Source of the DNA: Oscillospiraceae bacterium
Lineage (GTDB): Bacteria; Bacillota; Clostridia; Oscillospirales; Ruminococcaceae
Length of the DNA: 51,394 nucleotides
Reading direction: 5' to 3'
NCBI GenBank assembly: GCA_017399785.1
Contig: JAFQAX010000037.1
Coordinates: forward strand, 1 to 51,394
The position numbers were made by a program, and so were the translations under genes. Below are positions 19,034 through 29,765 of the stretch, piece by piece (the first letter of the stretch is position 1; each line of letters starts with the position of its first letter). The notes under the pieces are model-generated. The model worked only from the letters and a program-made list of their open reading frames with translations. It ran no database searches and had not been told where the DNA came from.

Positions 19034-19054
19034 GATAGCTTGCACCTCCTTAGT

Positions 19055-19234
19055 TTACGCCTCGGTCCAAGCGACGAGATGAGAGATCTTCTTGATCTTA
19101 CCTCTGGTTGCCGCATTGTCAGGCTGAATGGTTTCATTTCCGATCTTGCGAAGACCGAGCGCTTCGGCGGTTGCAATCTGGTCCTTAAGGCAGCCGTTAA
19201 GGCTCTTGACCAGCTTAATCTTGATGTTAGCCAT
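19055..19234 (-). CDS. rpmD: 50S ribosomal protein L30
   Basis: IKIKLVKS, ALGLRKIG, ISHLV; lies between rpsE and rplO. Confidence 0.95.
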   Translation of the reverse strand: MANIKIKLVKSLNGCLKDQIATAEALGLRKIGNETIQPDNAATRGKIKKISHLVAWTEA

Positions 19235-19249
19235 GTTCAACTAACCTCC

Positions 19250-19750
19250 TTAGCCCAAGATCTCGTCAACGGTCTTGCCGCGGAGAGCAGCAATCTCGTC
19301 GACATTACGCAGTGCGCGCAGGCCGTTTACGGTTGCGGTTACTACGTTGCAGGGGTTGTTGGAGCGCTGGCACTTGGTTCTGATGTCCTTGATGCCTGCA
19401 ACTTCCAGTACGGCACGAACGGGGCCGCCTGCGATAACGCCGGTACCCTGGGGGGCGGGCATCATCAGGACGGAGCCTGCGCCGAACTTACCTACGATCT
19501 CGTGGGGGATGGTGGTTCCCTTAAGAGATACTTTAAACAGATTCTTCTTTGCATCCTCAATGCCCTTGCGGATAGCGTCGGGGACTTCGTTGGCCTTGCC
19601 CATTCCGAAGCCGATAGTACCGTTGCCGTCACCAACAACTACGAGTGCCGAGAACTTCATTACGCGGCCGCCCTTAACAGTCTTGGATACGCGGTTTATG
19701 GCAACTACCTTTTCACTGAGCTCCAATGCGTTTGCGTCTATACGAGCCAA
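19250..19750 (-). CDS. rpsE: 30S ribosomal protein S5
   Basis: [34 protein letters not shown] start at 19750 after AAGGAGG. Confidence 0.97.
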   Translation of the reverse strand: MARIDANALELSEKVVAINRVSKTVKGGRVMKFSALVVVGDGNGTIGFGMGKANEVPDAIRKGIEDAKKNLFKVSLKGTTIPHEIVGKFGAGSVLMMPAPQGTGVIAGGPVRAVLEVAGIKDIRTKCQRSNNPCNVVTATVNGLRALRNVDEIAALRGKTVDEILG

Positions 19751-19763
19751 TCTTATTCCCTCC

Positions 19764-20123
19764 TTAGAAATTGAGTCCACCCTCACGGGCGCCTTCAGCA
19801 AGTTCCTGTACACGGCCGTGATAGAGATAGCCGCTGCGGTCAAATACTACGGTAGTGATACCCTTCTCAACCGCTCTTTCAGCAACGAGCTTGCCGATAG
19901 CGTGAGCAGCAGCCTTGTCGCTGCCCTTCTCGGTGAAGGTCTTCTCAAGGGAAGAAGCAGACACCAGAGTGACGCCGGCTACATCGTCGATGATCTGTGC
20001 ATAGATGTTCTTGGAGGAACGGAATACGCTCAGACGGGGACGCTCAGCGGTACCGCTGATTTTATTTCTGACGCGATAATGTCTCTTAAGACGCGCCTTA
20101 TTGCTGTCAGGCTTTTTAACCAT
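19764..20123 (-). CDS. rplR: 50S ribosomal protein L18
   Basis: [35 protein letters not shown]. Confidence 0.98.
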   Translation of the reverse strand: MVKKPDSNKARLKRHYRVRNKISGTAERPRLSVFRSSKNIYAQIIDDVAGVTLVSASSLEKTFTEKGSDKAAAHAIGKLVAERAVEKGITTVVFDRSGYLYHGRVQELAEGAREGGLNF

Positions 20124-20141
20124 TTGCATACACTCCTTTCT

Positions 20142-20687
20142 TTACTTCTTGCCCTTACCGGCTTTACCTTCCTTGCGGATGATAACTTCATCAATATACT
20201 TGATGCCCTTGCCCTTATAAGGCTCGGGGGGACGCTTCTCGCGAACTTCTGCCGCGAACTGTCCTACCATCTGCTTGTCAGCGCCGTTAATGATGATCTT
20301 GTTGGGCTGGGGAACTTCAACGGTGATGCCGTCGATCTCAGGCATGATTACCTGATGGGAATAACCAAGGTTCATAACCAGGTTCTTGCCCTGCTTAGCT
20401 ACACGGTAGCCAACGCCGTTTACTTCAAGCTCTTTCTTGAAGCCTTCGTGGCAGCCGGTAACCATGTTGGCGATAAGGGTTCTGGTCAGGCCGTGCAGGC
20501 TGCGATGCTCGGGAGCGTCGCTGGGACGGGTTACGATGATCTCAGCGCCCTCAAGAGCGATGTTCATCTCGGGGTTGAAGGTGTTGGTCAGGGTGCCCTT
20601 GGGGCCCTTAACGGTTACTTCGCTGCCGTTGATCTTAACCTCAACGCCTGCGGGAACTGCGATATGCTTTCTACCAATTCTAGACAT
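20142..20687 (-). CDS. rplF: 50S ribosomal protein L6
   Basis: [19 protein letters not shown]. Confidence 0.98.
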   Translation of the reverse strand: MSRIGRKHIAVPAGVEVKINGSEVTVKGPKGTLTNTFNPEMNIALEGAEIIVTRPSDAPEHRSLHGLTRTLIANMVTGCHEGFKKELEVNGVGYRVAKQGKNLVMNLGYSHQVIMPEIDGITVEVPQPNKIIINGADKQMVGQFAAEVREKRPPEPYKGKGIKYIDEVIIRKEGKAGKGKK

Positions 20688-20701
20688 ATTCTCGCTCCCC
20701 C

Positions 20702-21100
20702 TTACCAGATGAAGGCGAGAACTTCGCCGCCAACATTCTGTTTTCTAGCTTCCTTGTCGGTCATAACGCCCTTGGGGGTGGAAAGGATGGCAATGCCGAG
20801 ACCCTTCATTACCTTGGGCATATCTTCGCAGCTGGTGTAGATGCGAAGGCCGGGCTTGGAAACTCTTCTCAGTCCAGTGATTACGGGAGTCTTTGCGGCA
20901 GTGTACTTGAGTACAATGCGGATGACGCCCTGCTTGCCGTCCTCGATGACGGTAAAGCTCTTAATATAACCCTCATCCAACAGGATCTGAACGATAGCCT
21001 TCTTCATGTTGGAAGCGGGAACATCGACCGTATCGTGCTTTGCGGTGCTCGCATTACGGATACGAGTAAGCAAGTCAGCGATGGTATCGGTGATATGCAT
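20702..21100 (-). CDS. rpsH: 30S ribosomal protein S8
   Basis: [32 protein letters not shown]. Confidence 0.98.
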   Translation of the reverse strand: MHITDTIADLLTRIRNASTAKHDTVDVPASNMKKAIVQILLDEGYIKSFTVIEDGKQGVIRIVLKYTAAKTPVITGLRRVSKPGLRIYTSCEDMPKVMKGLGIAILSTPKGVMTDKEARKQNVGGEVLAFIW

Positions 21101-21132
21101 GCCGTTAACCTCCTTTGTTTCCTAACTACTTA

Positions 21133-21318
21133 TTACCAGCTTGCCTTGCGCACGCCGGGGATCTGTCCCTTGTAAGCGAGCTCTCTGAAGCAGATACGGC
21201 AGATTCCGTACTTTCTCAGATAAGCGTGGGGACGACCGCAGATCTTGCATCTGTTGTATTCTCTGGTGGAGAACTTAGCAGGAGCCTGCTGCTTGAGCTT
21301 CATACTCTTCTTAGCCAT
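21133..21318 (-). CDS. rpsN: 30S ribosomal protein S14, short zinc-binding type Z
   Basis: 61 aa; [25 protein letters not shown]. Confidence 0.98.
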   Translation of the reverse strand: MAKKSMKLKQQAPAKFSTREYNRCKICGRPHAYLRKYGICRICFRELAYKGQIPGVRKASW

Positions 21319-21332
21319 TTAAATTCTCCTCC

Positions 21333-21872
21333 TTACTTTGCGAAGGGGCAACCAAGCTGAACAAGCAGCTCCTTGCCTTCTTCGTCGGTCTTAGCAGTGG
21401 TGACAAAGGAAATATCCATGCCGCGCACCTTGTCGATCTTATCGTATTCGATTTCAGGGAACATGAGCTGCTCCTTGAGGCCGAAGCTGAAGTTGCCTCT
21501 GCCGTCGAATCCGTTCGCGGAAATGCCGCGGAAGTCGCGTACACGGGGCATAGCTACGTTAAAGAGTCTGTCAACAAACTCGTACATTCTGGCACCTCTG
21601 AGGGTTACCTTGCATCCGATGGGCATGCCCTCACGGAGCTTAAAGTTTGCAACCGACTTTCTTGCCTTGCAGACAACAGCCTTCTGGCCGGTGATCTTGC
21701 CAAGGTCGCCTACGATAGCTTCGAGAACCTTGGGGTTATCTCTTGCTTCGCTGCATGCTACGTTGATAACAACCTTCTCAAGCTTCGGGATCTGCATAAC
21801 ACTCTTGTAACCGAACTTGCTCATCAGGGCGCCGGTTACTTCATTATTGTAACGTTCCTGTAATCTAGCCAT
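21333..21872 (-). CDS. rplE: 50S ribosomal protein L5
   Basis: [33 protein letters not shown]. Confidence 0.98.
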   Translation of the reverse strand: MARLQERYNNEVTGALMSKFGYKSVMQIPKLEKVVINVACSEARDNPKVLEAIVGDLGKITGQKAVVCKARKSVANFKLREGMPIGCKVTLRGARMYEFVDRLFNVAMPRVRDFRGISANGFDGRGNFSFGLKEQLMFPEIEYDKIDKVRGMDISFVTTAKTDEEGKELLVQLGCPFAK

Positions 21873-21891
21873 GTTAATTCAATCCTCCTTC

Positions 21892-22209
21892 TTAGAAAGT
21901 CGCATTGCACTTTTTGCATGCGCGTTTTTTGGTTCCATCTTCCAGCACCTTGTGGGCTACGCGGGTAGCCTTACCGCAGGAAGGGCAAACAAGCATTGCC
22001 TTGGATGCGTAGAACGCGCCCTCAGCCTTTACGATGCCGCCGGGCTCACCCTGACGACGGGGCTTAACATGCTTGGTAACCATGTTGATGCCCTCAACGA
22101 TGAGCTTCTGCTCCTTGGGAGAGGTCTCGAGAACCTTGCCCTTCTTGCCCTTGTCTTTGCCGGAGAGAATTACGACCATGTCATCTTTTCTTACATGAAG
22201 TTTGTTCAC
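21892..22209 (-). CDS. rplX: 50S ribosomal protein L24
   Basis: KOW motif VVILSGKDKGKKGKV, VEGINMVTKHVKP. Confidence 0.98.
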   Translation of the reverse strand: MNKLHVRKDDMVVILSGKDKGKKGKVLETSPKEQKLIVEGINMVTKHVKPRRQGEPGGIVKAEGAFYASKAMLVCPSCGKATRVAHKVLEDGTKKRACKKCNATF

Positions 22210-22224
22210 GTTCGTGCACCTCCG

Positions 22225-22593
22225 TTACAGAACCTCGGGAGCGAGGCTCAAGATTTTCATGTAGTCCTTATCGCGGAGCTCTCTTGCAACCGGTCCAAAG
22301 ATACGGGTACCCTTGGGGGTCTTGTCGTCCTTGATAATAACTGCTGCGTTCTCGTCAAAGCGAATGTAGGTGCCGTCGTCACGACGAAGGCCCTGAGCAG
22401 ATCTTACGATAACTGCCTTTACTACATCGCCCTTCTTTACTGCGCCGCCGGGCGCTGCTTTCTTAACAGAAGCGACTACTACGTCGCCGATGTTAGCGTA
22501 TCTTCTTCTGGTGCCGCCAAGCACTCTGATGCACATAAGCTCTTTGGCGCCGGTGTTATCGGCAACCTTCATATAAGACTGCATCTGAATCAT
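22225..22593 (-). CDS. rplN: 50S ribosomal protein L14
   Basis: [36 protein letters not shown]. Confidence 0.98.
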   Translation of the reverse strand: MIQMQSYMKVADNTGAKELMCIRVLGGTRRRYANIGDVVVASVKKAAPGGAVKKGDVVKAVIVRSAQGLRRDDGTYIRFDENAAVIIKDDKTPKGTRIFGPVARELRDKDYMKILSLAPEVL

Positions 22594-22704
22594 GTGCGGT
22601 ATCCTCCTTTCGGTTATCCGCCGACCTGCCGGGGTTGTTGATTCAACCGCTATCGCTGACCGTTTACAGCGACGCTCAAGCCGGTTTCTTTAGTATCAAT
22701 ATTC

Positions 22705-22962
22705 TTACTTAGCCTTTTCGATGATGTTAACTACGCGCCAGTTCTTGTCCTTGGAAAGGGGACGGCACTCCATGATCTCTACCTTGTCGCCGATGCCACA
22801 AGCGTTGAGCTCATCATGAGCCTTGAACTTAACGGTGCGCTTAACGATCTTCTTGTAAAGGGGGTGACGAACTCTGTCAGCAACTGCAACAACAACGGTC
22901 TTGTCCATCTTGTCGCTTACAACAACGCCAACAGTAGTCTTACGCAAGTTTCTTTCGCTCAC
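22705..22962 (-). CDS. rpsQ: 30S ribosomal protein S17
   Basis: [27 protein letters not shown]. Confidence 0.98.
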   Translation of the reverse strand: MSERNLRKTTVGVVVSDKMDKTVVVAVADRVRHPLYKKIVKRTVKFKAHDELNACGIGDKVEIMECRPLSKDKNWRVVNIIEKAK

Positions 22963-22982
22963 AGTAATTTCCTCCTTCGTCG

Positions 22983-23177
22983 TTATGCTTTACGCTCAGC
23001 TTCGCCGATCAGTGTCTTGACGCGAGCGATGTCCTTGCGGACAGCAGCGAGACGCAGGGGATTGTCGAGCTGATTGATGGTGTGCTGGAATCTGAGATTG
23101 AAAAGTTCAGCCTTCAGGTCAGCGAGCTTGGTGTTGAGCTCTTCAACAGAGAGCTTTCTCAGTTCATTTGCCTTCAT
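22983..23177 (-). CDS. rpmC: 50S ribosomal protein L29
   Basis: [24 protein letters not shown]. Confidence 0.97.
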   Translation of the reverse strand: MKANELRKLSVEELNTKLADLKAELFNLRFQHTINQLDNPLRLAAVRKDIARVKTLIGEAERKA

Positions 23178-23599
23178 TAGCCTTCAACCTCCTCTTCCTT
23201 CTTTATAAACTTGCACTTGATGGGGAGCTTGTGCATTGCAAGACGCATTGCCTCGCGTGCGAGCTCCTCGCTTACGCCGCCGATCTCGAACATTACGCGA
23301 CCGGGCTTTACAACAGCTACCCAGTACTCGGGGCTGCCCTTACCGGAACCCATTCGGGTCTCAGCGGGCTTCTCGGTTACGGGCTTGTCGGGGAATATCT
23401 TGATCCAAACCTGGCCGCCACGCTTGATATAACGGGTCATAGCAATACGGGCTGCTTCGATCTGGTTGGAAGTGATCCATGCGGGTTCAAGAGCCTGGAG
23501 ACCGAAATCACCGTTGGAAACGAAGTTTCCGCGCTGTGCCTTACCGGTCAGTCTGCCTCTGTGAACTCTGCGGTATTTAACTCTCTTCGGCAGAAGCAT
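23177..23599 (-). CDS. rplP: 50S ribosomal protein L16
   Basis: [26 protein letters not shown]. Confidence 0.98.
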   Translation of the reverse strand: MLLPKRVKYRRVHRGRLTGKAQRGNFVSNGDFGLQALEPAWITSNQIEAARIAMTRYIKRGGQVWIKIFPDKPVTEKPAETRMGSGKGSPEYWVAVVKPGRVMFEIGGVSEELAREAMRLAMHKLPIKCKFIKKEEEVEG

Positions 23600-24285
23600 T
23601 ATCTCTTGCCTCCTTCCTTACGGGGCTGCTTTTTAACTTCCTGGAGAACCTCTCCGGTGTAGATCCAAACCTTGATGCCGATACGACCGTAGGTGGTTGC
23701 TGCCTCAGCAAAACCATAGTCGATGTCTGCACGGATGGTCTGCAGCGGGATGGTGCCCTCGTGATAGGTCTCGGTACGTGCGATCTCGGCGCCTGCGAGA
23801 CGGCCGGAGCACTGAACCTTGATACCCTTTGCGCCGAACTTCATAGCGCGGCCGATAGCCTGCTTCATAGCGCGGCGGAAGGATACACGGCCCTCAAGCT
23901 GTGCAGCGATGTTCTCTGCAACGAGCTGAGCGTTCTTGTCAGCAGACTTAACCTCTACTACGTTAACAAAAACGTTTGCCTTGTTTTCCTTATTCTTGTT
24001 TACCATCTTTTCGCACTCGAGACGAACCTTTTCGATCTCGGAGCCCTGACGGCCGATTACGATGCCGGGGCGTGCGCAGTGGATGTGAATCTTAACCTTA
24101 GCAGCGTCGCGCTCGATTTCGATCTTTGCAACGCCTGCGTCATAAAGGCGCTTCTTGAGATATTTTCTCAGCTGGTAGTCTTCAACAAGGAGATCGCCGA
24201 AAGCGTTGTCCTTGGCAAACCAGCGGGAATCCCAATCCTTGATTACGCCTACTCTAAGACCATGCGGATTGACTTTCTGGCCCAT
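23599..24285 (-). CDS. rpsC: 30S ribosomal protein S3
   Basis: [36 protein letters not shown]. Confidence 0.98.
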   Translation of the reverse strand: MGQKVNPHGLRVGVIKDWDSRWFAKDNAFGDLLVEDYQLRKYLKKRLYDAGVAKIEIERDAAKVKIHIHCARPGIVIGRQGSEIEKVRLECEKMVNKNKENKANVFVNVVEVKSADKNAQLVAENIAAQLEGRVSFRRAMKQAIGRAMKFGAKGIKVQCSGRLAGAEIARTETYHEGTIPLQTIRADIDYGFAEAATTYGRIGIKVWIYTGEVLQEVKKQPRKEGGKR

Positions 24286-24308
24286 TCAGTTTACCCTCCT
24301 CTTTCGGA

Positions 24309-24644
24309 TTATTCCTTTTCCTTCACCACGATGGTTACGTGGGAAGATCTCTTGTTGATACGGTACGCTCTGCCCTGAGCGCGGGGCATGATGCGCTTCA
24401 TGGTCATGCCGGGAGTTACGAAGCACTCAGCGACATAAAGATGATTCTTATCCATGCTGTGGTTGTTCTCAGCATTGGCGATGGCGCTCTTGAGAAGCTT
24501 TGCGACGGGTTCGCTTGCAGCCTTGGGGGTGTGTCTCAGGATTGCGAGCGCAACGTCGGTGGGCTTGTTGCGGATGAGATCGAGAACGATCTGCACCTTG
24601 CGGGGCGAAATTCTCACGCCGCGCAGATATGCTTTTGCTTCCAT
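24309..24644 (-). CDS. rplV: 50S ribosomal protein L22
   Basis: [26 protein letters not shown]. Confidence 0.98.
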   Translation of the reverse strand: MEAKAYLRGVRISPRKVQIVLDLIRNKPTDVALAILRHTPKAASEPVAKLLKSAIANAENNHSMDKNHLYVAECFVTPGMTMKRIMPRAQGRAYRINKRSSHVTIVVKEKE

Positions 24645-24666
24645 GATTTATCCTCCTTTCGGCTGA

Positions 24667-24936
24667 TTAGGACTTCTTTGCGCCGGCGTGACCGCGGTAG
24701 GTTCTGGTGGGAGCAAACTCGCCGAGCTTGTGTCCTACCATATCCTCGGTTACATATACCGGAACATGCTTACGTCCATCGTGAACAGCGAAAGTGTGAC
24801 CGACAAAATCCGGGAAGATCGTGGAAGATCTGCTCCAGGTTTTCAGTACTCTCTTTTCACCGGAGGCGTTCATCGCCTGTACACGTGCGAGAAGCTTTTC
24901 ATGCACGTAAGGGCCTTTTTTAATACTTCTACCCAT
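24667..24936 (-). CDS. rpsS: 30S ribosomal protein S19
   Basis: [27 protein letters not shown]. Confidence 0.98.
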   Translation of the reverse strand: MGRSIKKGPYVHEKLLARVQAMNASGEKRVLKTWSRSSTIFPDFVGHTFAVHDGRKHVPVYVTEDMVGHKLGEFAPTRTYRGHAGAKKS

Positions 24937-24952
24937 TGTCGACTATACCTCC

Positions 24953-25786
24953 TTACTTAGCGTTGCGGCGCTTGACAATGTACTTGTCAGTGCGGTGATG
25001 CTTATCTCTGGTCTTGTAACCCAGTGCAGGCTTGCCCCAGGGAGTTACAGGGCCGGGACGACCGATCGGGCTTCTGCCCTCACCGCCGCCGTGCGGGTGA
25101 TCACAGGGGTTCATTACAGAACCGCGAACGGTAGGACGGATACCCATGTGACGGGTACGGCCTGCCTTACCGATGGAAACGTTCTCGTGGTCGATGTTGC
25201 CGACCTGACCGATGGTAGCCATGCAGGTTACGGGAACCTTGCGAAGCTCGCCGGAGGGCAGTCTGAGAAGAGCAAAGTTGCCTTCCTTAGCCATCAGCTG
25301 AGCCATAACACCAGCTGCACGTGCGAGCTGTGCGCCCTTGCCGGGGTAAAGCTCTACGTTGTGGATGAAGGTACCAACGGGGATGTTTACCAGCTCAAGT
25401 GCGTTGCCGGGCTTGATGTCGGAACCAGCGCCGCTGGAGATGGTGTCGCCAACCTTAAGGCCGTGGGGCGCGATGATGTAGCGCTTTTCGCCGGTCTCGT
25501 ACTGAACGAGAGCGATGTGAGCCGAACGGTTGGGATCGTACTCGAGGGTGAGAACCTGAGCGGGAACGCCCTGAAGGTCTCTCTTGAAGTCGATGATACG
25601 ATACTTTCTGCGGTTTGCGCCGCCGCGATGACGGACGGTGATCTTACCGGTATTGTTACGACCGGCGTTTGCCTTGATGACAGTCAGCAGGCTCTTTTCA
25701 GGTGCTACCTTGGAGAGTCCGGTGTAATCGGTGACGGTCATCTGACGGCGTGCGGGGGTCGTAGGCTTGTAGAATTTAATTGCCAT
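24953..25786 (-). CDS. rplB: 50S ribosomal protein L2
   Basis: [33 protein letters not shown] at 25786. Confidence 0.98.
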   Translation of the reverse strand: MAIKFYKPTTPARRQMTVTDYTGLSKVAPEKSLLTVIKANAGRNNTGKITVRHRGGANRRKYRIIDFKRDLQGVPAQVLTLEYDPNRSAHIALVQYETGEKRYIIAPHGLKVGDTISSGAGSDIKPGNALELVNIPVGTFIHNVELYPGKGAQLARAAGVMAQLMAKEGNFALLRLPSGELRKVPVTCMATIGQVGNIDHENVSIGKAGRTRHMGIRPTVRGSVMNPCDHPHGGGEGRSPIGRPGPVTPWGKPALGYKTRDKHHRTDKYIVKRRNAK

Positions 25787-25887
25787 CTGATGTTTCACTC
25801 CTCATAACTTGTTAGCGGGATCTATGAGACTCCCATACCCAAGTCGTCATTATTTCTCATTAGTTGCCGGGGCTTTTTGCCGGCTTA

Positions 25888-26184
25888 TCAGATCATGCTC
25901 TCGAAGAACTCGATCTTCTTGGAGTCGGCCTTGATGGTGACGACTGCCTTTTTCCAGGAACGGGTGGTTCCTACGTTTCTGCCCATGCGCTTGGTCTTGC
26001 CGCTAACGTTCATGGTGTTAACTGCAGCAACCTTGGTGCCGGGGAACAGGGTCTCGATAGCGGAAGCGATCTCGATCTTGTTTGCGGTCTTGGCAACCTC
26101 AAAGGTGTACTTACCAGCTGCGATGCCGGACATAGAACGCTCGGTGATGATGGGTCTGATTACGATATCCTGTGCGAGTTTCAT
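25888..26184 (-). CDS. rplW: 50S ribosomal protein L23
   Basis: RPIITE, YTFEV, ANKIEI, WKKAVVT. Confidence 0.97.
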   Translation of the reverse strand: MKLAQDIVIRPIITERSMSGIAAGKYTFEVAKTANKIEIASAIETLFPGTKVAAVNTMNVSGKTKRMGRNVGTTRSWKKAVVTIKADSKKIEFFESMI

Positions 26185-26807
26185 TATGCGTACACCTCCT
26201 CGATCTTAGCGATGGCATCCTTAGCAACAACAACCTTGCCAGCGTTTACGAGGTCGTAAACATTGATGGTGTTGGTCAGTGCGGTCTTTACGCCGGGGAT
26301 GTTGGAAGCGGACTTGATCAGCTTCTCATTCTTCTCGGCTGCAACGATGAGGGCCTTGCCTTCAACGTTGAGTGCGTTGAGCATTGCTGCAACGGTCTTG
26401 GTCTTGAACTCTTCAACAACGATGTTGTCAACAACTACGAGGTTGTTCTCAAGAACCTTGGAAGAGAGAGCAGACTTAAGAGCCAGTCTCTTAACCTTCT
26501 TGTTCAGGTCATAACGGTAATCGCGGGGCTTGGGGCCAAGTGCGATGCCGCCATGGTACCACTGGGGAGCTCTGATGGAGCCCTGTCTTGCGTGGCCGGT
26601 ACCCTTCTGTCTCCAAGGCTTTCTGCCGCCGCCTCTAACCTCAGTTCTGGTCAGAGTGGACTGGGTGCCCTGACGCTGGTTTGCAAGGAAGTTCTTTACA
26701 ACTTCGTGAACAGCGTACTCATTGGGCTCAATTCCGAAAATGGACTCGGAAAGCTCGATCTCGCCAACAGAGGCGCCTGCCATGTTATATACTGTAACCT
26801 TAGGCAT
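26184..26807 (-). CDS. rplD: 50S ribosomal protein L4
   Basis: RQGT, GGGRKPWRQKGTGHARQGSIRAPQW. Confidence 0.98.
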   Translation of the reverse strand: MPKVTVYNMAGASVGEIELSESIFGIEPNEYAVHEVVKNFLANQRQGTQSTLTRTEVRGGGRKPWRQKGTGHARQGSIRAPQWYHGGIALGPKPRDYRYDLNKKVKRLALKSALSSKVLENNLVVVDNIVVEEFKTKTVAAMLNALNVEGKALIVAAEKNEKLIKSASNIPGVKTALTNTINVYDLVNAGKVVVAKDAIAKIEEVYA

Positions 26808-26825
26808 GATGTTTCCTCCTCCCTA

Positions 26826-27464
26826 TTACTTCTGGCCCTTAACGGCGTCGGTGATGTAAACGTAGCCGCCCTTAGGACCGGGGATCGCGCCGCGAAGAGC
26901 GATCAGATTGTTTTCTGCGTCAACCTTAACTACTTCAAGGTTCTGTATGGTAACTCTCTCTGCACCCATGTGTCCGGGCATGGTCTTGCCCTTGAAGATT
27001 CTGGAAGGAGTGGAGTTAGCACCCATAGAGCCGGCGTGTCTTGCAACGGGGCCGGTACCGTGGGATGCCTTGAGAGAATGGTTTCCATAGCGCTTGATGG
27101 TGCCTGCGAAGCCCTTGCCCTTGCTGGTTCCGCAAACGTCTACCTTTTCGCCGGCAGCAAAAGCGTCTGCCTTAACGATGTCGCCAACGTTAACAGATGC
27201 GCAGTCTGCGAGTTTGAACTCACGAAGTACGCGCTTAGCTGCTACGTCGGACTTGGCGAACTGACCCTTCATGGGCTTGTTAACGTGCTTGTCCGAGATC
27301 TCGCCGAAGCCGAGCTGCACGGATTCGTATCCGTCGTTTTCGGCCGTCTTCTTAGTAACGACGACACAGGGACCAGCCTCGATGACAGTGACCGGGATAA
27401 AGCTGCCGTTTTCATCAAACAGCTGGGTCATGCCAAGCTTTTTGCCGATGATTGCTTTCTGCAT
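26826..27464 (-). CDS. rplC: 50S ribosomal protein L3
   Basis: [28 protein letters not shown]. Confidence 0.98.
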   Translation of the reverse strand: MQKAIIGKKLGMTQLFDENGSFIPVTVIEAGPCVVVTKKTAENDGYESVQLGFGEISDKHVNKPMKGQFAKSDVAAKRVLREFKLADCASVNVGDIVKADAFAAGEKVDVCGTSKGKGFAGTIKRYGNHSLKASHGTGPVARHAGSMGANSTPSRIFKGKTMPGHMGAERVTIQNLEVVKVDAENNLIALRGAIPGPKGGYVYITDAVKGQK

Positions 27465-27569
27465 TTGTATTTTCCTCCTTGGTTATTGGTTGACAGGTTT
27501 CTGCCAACATTACCTTCGCCCGCACACATTATATTATTTTGTGCGATGCGTTTCGATCAGCTTCTGTTA

Positions 27570-27881
27570 TCAGAGCTTGATCTCGATCTCGACGCCCGCG
27601 GGGAGCTCGAGTCCGGTGAGAGCCTCAACAGTCTTGTTGGAAGGACGGAGAATGTCGATGAGTCTCTTGTGGGTTCTCATCTCAAACTGCTCGCGGCTAT
27701 CTTTGTACTTGTGTACTGCGCGCAGAATGGTAACGATCTCTCTGTCGGTGGGCAGCGGGATGGGGCCGGAAACCTTAGAGCCGGTACGCTTTGCGGTCTC
27801 AACGATCTTCTCTGCTGCGGCGTCAACCAACTGGTGGTCATAGCCTCTTACACGGATACGGATTTTTTCTTTGACTGCCAT
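27570..27881 (-). CDS. rpsJ: 30S ribosomal protein S10
   Basis: [31 protein letters not shown]. Confidence 0.98.
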   Translation of the reverse strand: MAVKEKIRIRVRGYDHQLVDAAAEKIVETAKRTGSKVSGPIPLPTDREIVTILRAVHKYKDSREQFEMRTHKRLIDILRPSNKTVEALTGLELPAGVEIEIKL

Positions 27882-28160
27882 TTAATCGCCTCCTAAATAT
27901 TTTTTCGCTTAGAGACGCCCTTTTCTTCAATCCACTGTGCCGTGTGTTTGCTCTTTTTTCCTGCAAAAAACCGGCTAAACCAAACATATGGTTTAACCGG
28001 GGCAAGGCATAAAGCCTCCACACACAGCAACGCGCAGGCCCAGCCTGCAAAATGTACTGTAATATAGGTCGCCCGGTTTTAAATCGGACATACTCCGCGG
28101 AAATTCCCCGCCTCTTGGGCGGCCACCTCCCGCATCATCGCATATCTCAGCAGTCACGCA
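27882..28160 (-). promoter_or_regulatory. Long structured S10 operon 5' leader (candidate ribosomal protein autoregulatory RNA)
   Basis: About 280 nt between promoter and rpsJ. Contains GATGATGCGGGAGGTGGCCGCC..GGGAATTTCCGCGGAGTATGTC, resembling the conserved Bacillota S10 leader (recognised from memory, not searched). Confidence 0.7.
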
Positions 28161-28166
28161 GGAGTT

Positions 28167-28195
28167 ATAATAACACAGCAAAACCGCATTTGCAA
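28167..28195 (-). promoter_or_regulatory. Sigma-A promoter of the S10 superoperon
   Basis: TTGCAA-N17-TATTAT with a TG extension, preceded by several A-tracts (28199-28250, UP-element-like). Confidence 0.7.
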
Positions 28196-28471
28196 GCCTT
28201 TTTTTGCGATTTTTTCAAAAAAACGCGATTTTTTCGATTTTTATTTATTTTCTCCGCTTGCAACAAACTTCACTGCTATTTTTTGTGCATTATCACGATA
28301 TTATACGCCTGATTTCGCCTCCGAAATCCCGAAAAAACCTCTTTTCAGGGGATTTTTTGCCTGTTTTGAAGGATTTTGATCTCCTCCTGCACAAAATCCA
28401 ATGTCAATTTGCCGAAAATCAAGCTCGTTTTATGTGTAAATCGACTGTTTTTTGGCTTAGTACAATACTTT

Positions 28472-28533
28472 ACCTCCGATGGCTAAGAACCTTTTTGAGG
28501 GGATAAAAGATTCCTACAACTCCAAAACTTTAA
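28472..28533 (+). repeat. Dispersed repeat family B (degenerate copy)
   Basis: CCTCCGATGGCTAAGAACCTTTTT..CAACTCCAAAACTTTAA aligns with the reverse complement of 29713-29762 and with 51118-51177. Confidence 0.7.
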
Positions 28534-28575
28534 GTTTTATAGTTCTGTCATGCCTTTTATGCTGAACAAAATATT

Positions 28576-28602
28576 AAAAGGCGCCCCTTTCGGGAGCGCC
28601 TA
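28576..28602 (-). terminator. Terminator after gpsA
   Basis: AGGCGCTCC-CGAAA-GGGGCGCCT followed by TTT. Confidence 0.7.
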
Positions 28603-28618
28603 TACATTATATATTGGA

Positions 28619-29614
28619 TCAGTTTGCGTGCTCACGTTTAAGCGGTCTGCCCAGCAGCTCTTCCAGCGCCTTTTCGGCGGTGATCTCGCCTTTGATAAGG
28701 CGGTATATCTGCTTGGTTATCGGCATCTCCACTCCCTTTTGCTGCGCCAGCTGATAAGCGCAAAGGGTGGCGGTGATTCCCTCGACCGTCATACCGACCT
28801 TTTCTACCGCCTGCGATACGGTAAGACCCTCGCCGACGAAATATCCGCAGCGGCGGTTTCTGGAATGTACCGAGCAGCAGGTAACGATAAGATCGCCCAC
28901 GCCTGAAATTCCGCCGAAAGTATCCATCGAAGCCCCCATAGCTACACCCAAGCGGGATATCTCGGTAAGTCCTCTGGTCATAAGGGCAGCCTTGGTGTTG
29001 TCGCCGCCGCCCATGCCGTCGCTGATGCCGGCAGCAAAGGCGATTACGTTTTTAAGCGCTCCGCCCATCTCGGCGCCTATCACGTCGGTGCCGGTGTAGA
29101 TGCGGATGTGACTGTTGAGCGCAAGATTCTGTACCGCTTCGGCCGCCTGGTGCGATTCGCTTGCCGCAAGCAGCACGGTGGGTATTCCCCGGGAAAGCTC
29201 CTCGGCGTGAGAGGGACCCGTCAGCGCAACAAAGGGATTGTTCGGCAGCTCCTGCGCCGATATCTCATGCAGCGGAAGCAGCGTAGCCACTTCAAAGCCC
29301 TTGGAGGTGCAGGCTATCGGCACGCCCGGCTTTACGATGCCCTTTATCCTGCACAGCGTTTCTCTCATCGCCGCACTGGGGGTGGCGATGACAATAACAT
29401 CCGCCTGCGCCGCGGCGTCAACGGTGTCAACTATCTCAACCGCTTCGGGTATCTGAATACCCTTGAGCAGTCGTTCGTTTTCTCTTTTTTGGCGGAGCAG
29501 CTCGTTTTGGTCGGGGCGGTGTCCCCAAAGGGTGACATCGTGACCCATGTTGGCAAAGGCAACGGCAAGCGCCGTTCCCATGCCGCCCGCTCCAAGTATC
29601 ATCAGTCGAGCCAT
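28619..29614 (-). CDS. gpsA: NAD(P)H-dependent glycerol-3-phosphate dehydrogenase
   Basis: GAGGMGTALA, GPSHAEE, GALKNVIA, DNTKAALMTRG, GDLIVTC..SRN. Confidence 0.96.
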   Translation of the reverse strand: MARLMILGAGGMGTALAVAFANMGHDVTLWGHRPDQNELLRQKRENERLLKGIQIPEAVEIVDTVDAAAQADVIVIATPSAAMRETLCRIKGIVKPGVPIACTSKGFEVATLLPLHEISAQELPNNPFVALTGPSHAEELSRGIPTVLLAASESHQAAEAVQNLALNSHIRIYTGTDVIGAEMGGALKNVIAFAAGISDGMGGGDNTKAALMTRGLTEISRLGVAMGASMDTFGGISGVGDLIVTCCSVHSRNRRCGYFVGEGLTVSQAVEKVGMTVEGITATLCAYQLAQQKGVEMPITKQIYRLIKGEITAEKALEELLGRPLKREHAN

Positions 29615-29641
29615 GATCAAGCCCTCCTTGATTATTTTTAT

Positions 29642-29762
29642 TTGGGGAAACTTTTTGAAAAAAGCTTCCCCAAGCCCTTTAAAAAACTTTACTTTATGTT
29701 TTGTCTAAACAATTAAAGCTTTTTGGAGTTGCAAGAACCCTTTTTCTCGAAAAAGGTTCTTG
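29642..29762. repeat. Family B composite element: two inverted hairpin units
   Basis: Hairpins TTGGGGAAACTTTTT/AAAAAGCTTCCCCAA and CAAGAACCCTTTTT/AAAAAGGTTCTTG, linked by AAAAAACTTT..AAAGCTTTTT. Confidence 0.75.
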
Positions 29763-29765
29763 TTT

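Noticed and set aside
28196-28470. Short ORFs (28052-28312, 28204-28506) and extra promoters in the AT-rich region upstream of the S10 promoter
   Set aside because: Phe/Leu-rich translations of T-tracts without an RBS; the isolated TTGACA and TATAAT boxes lack correctly spaced partners.
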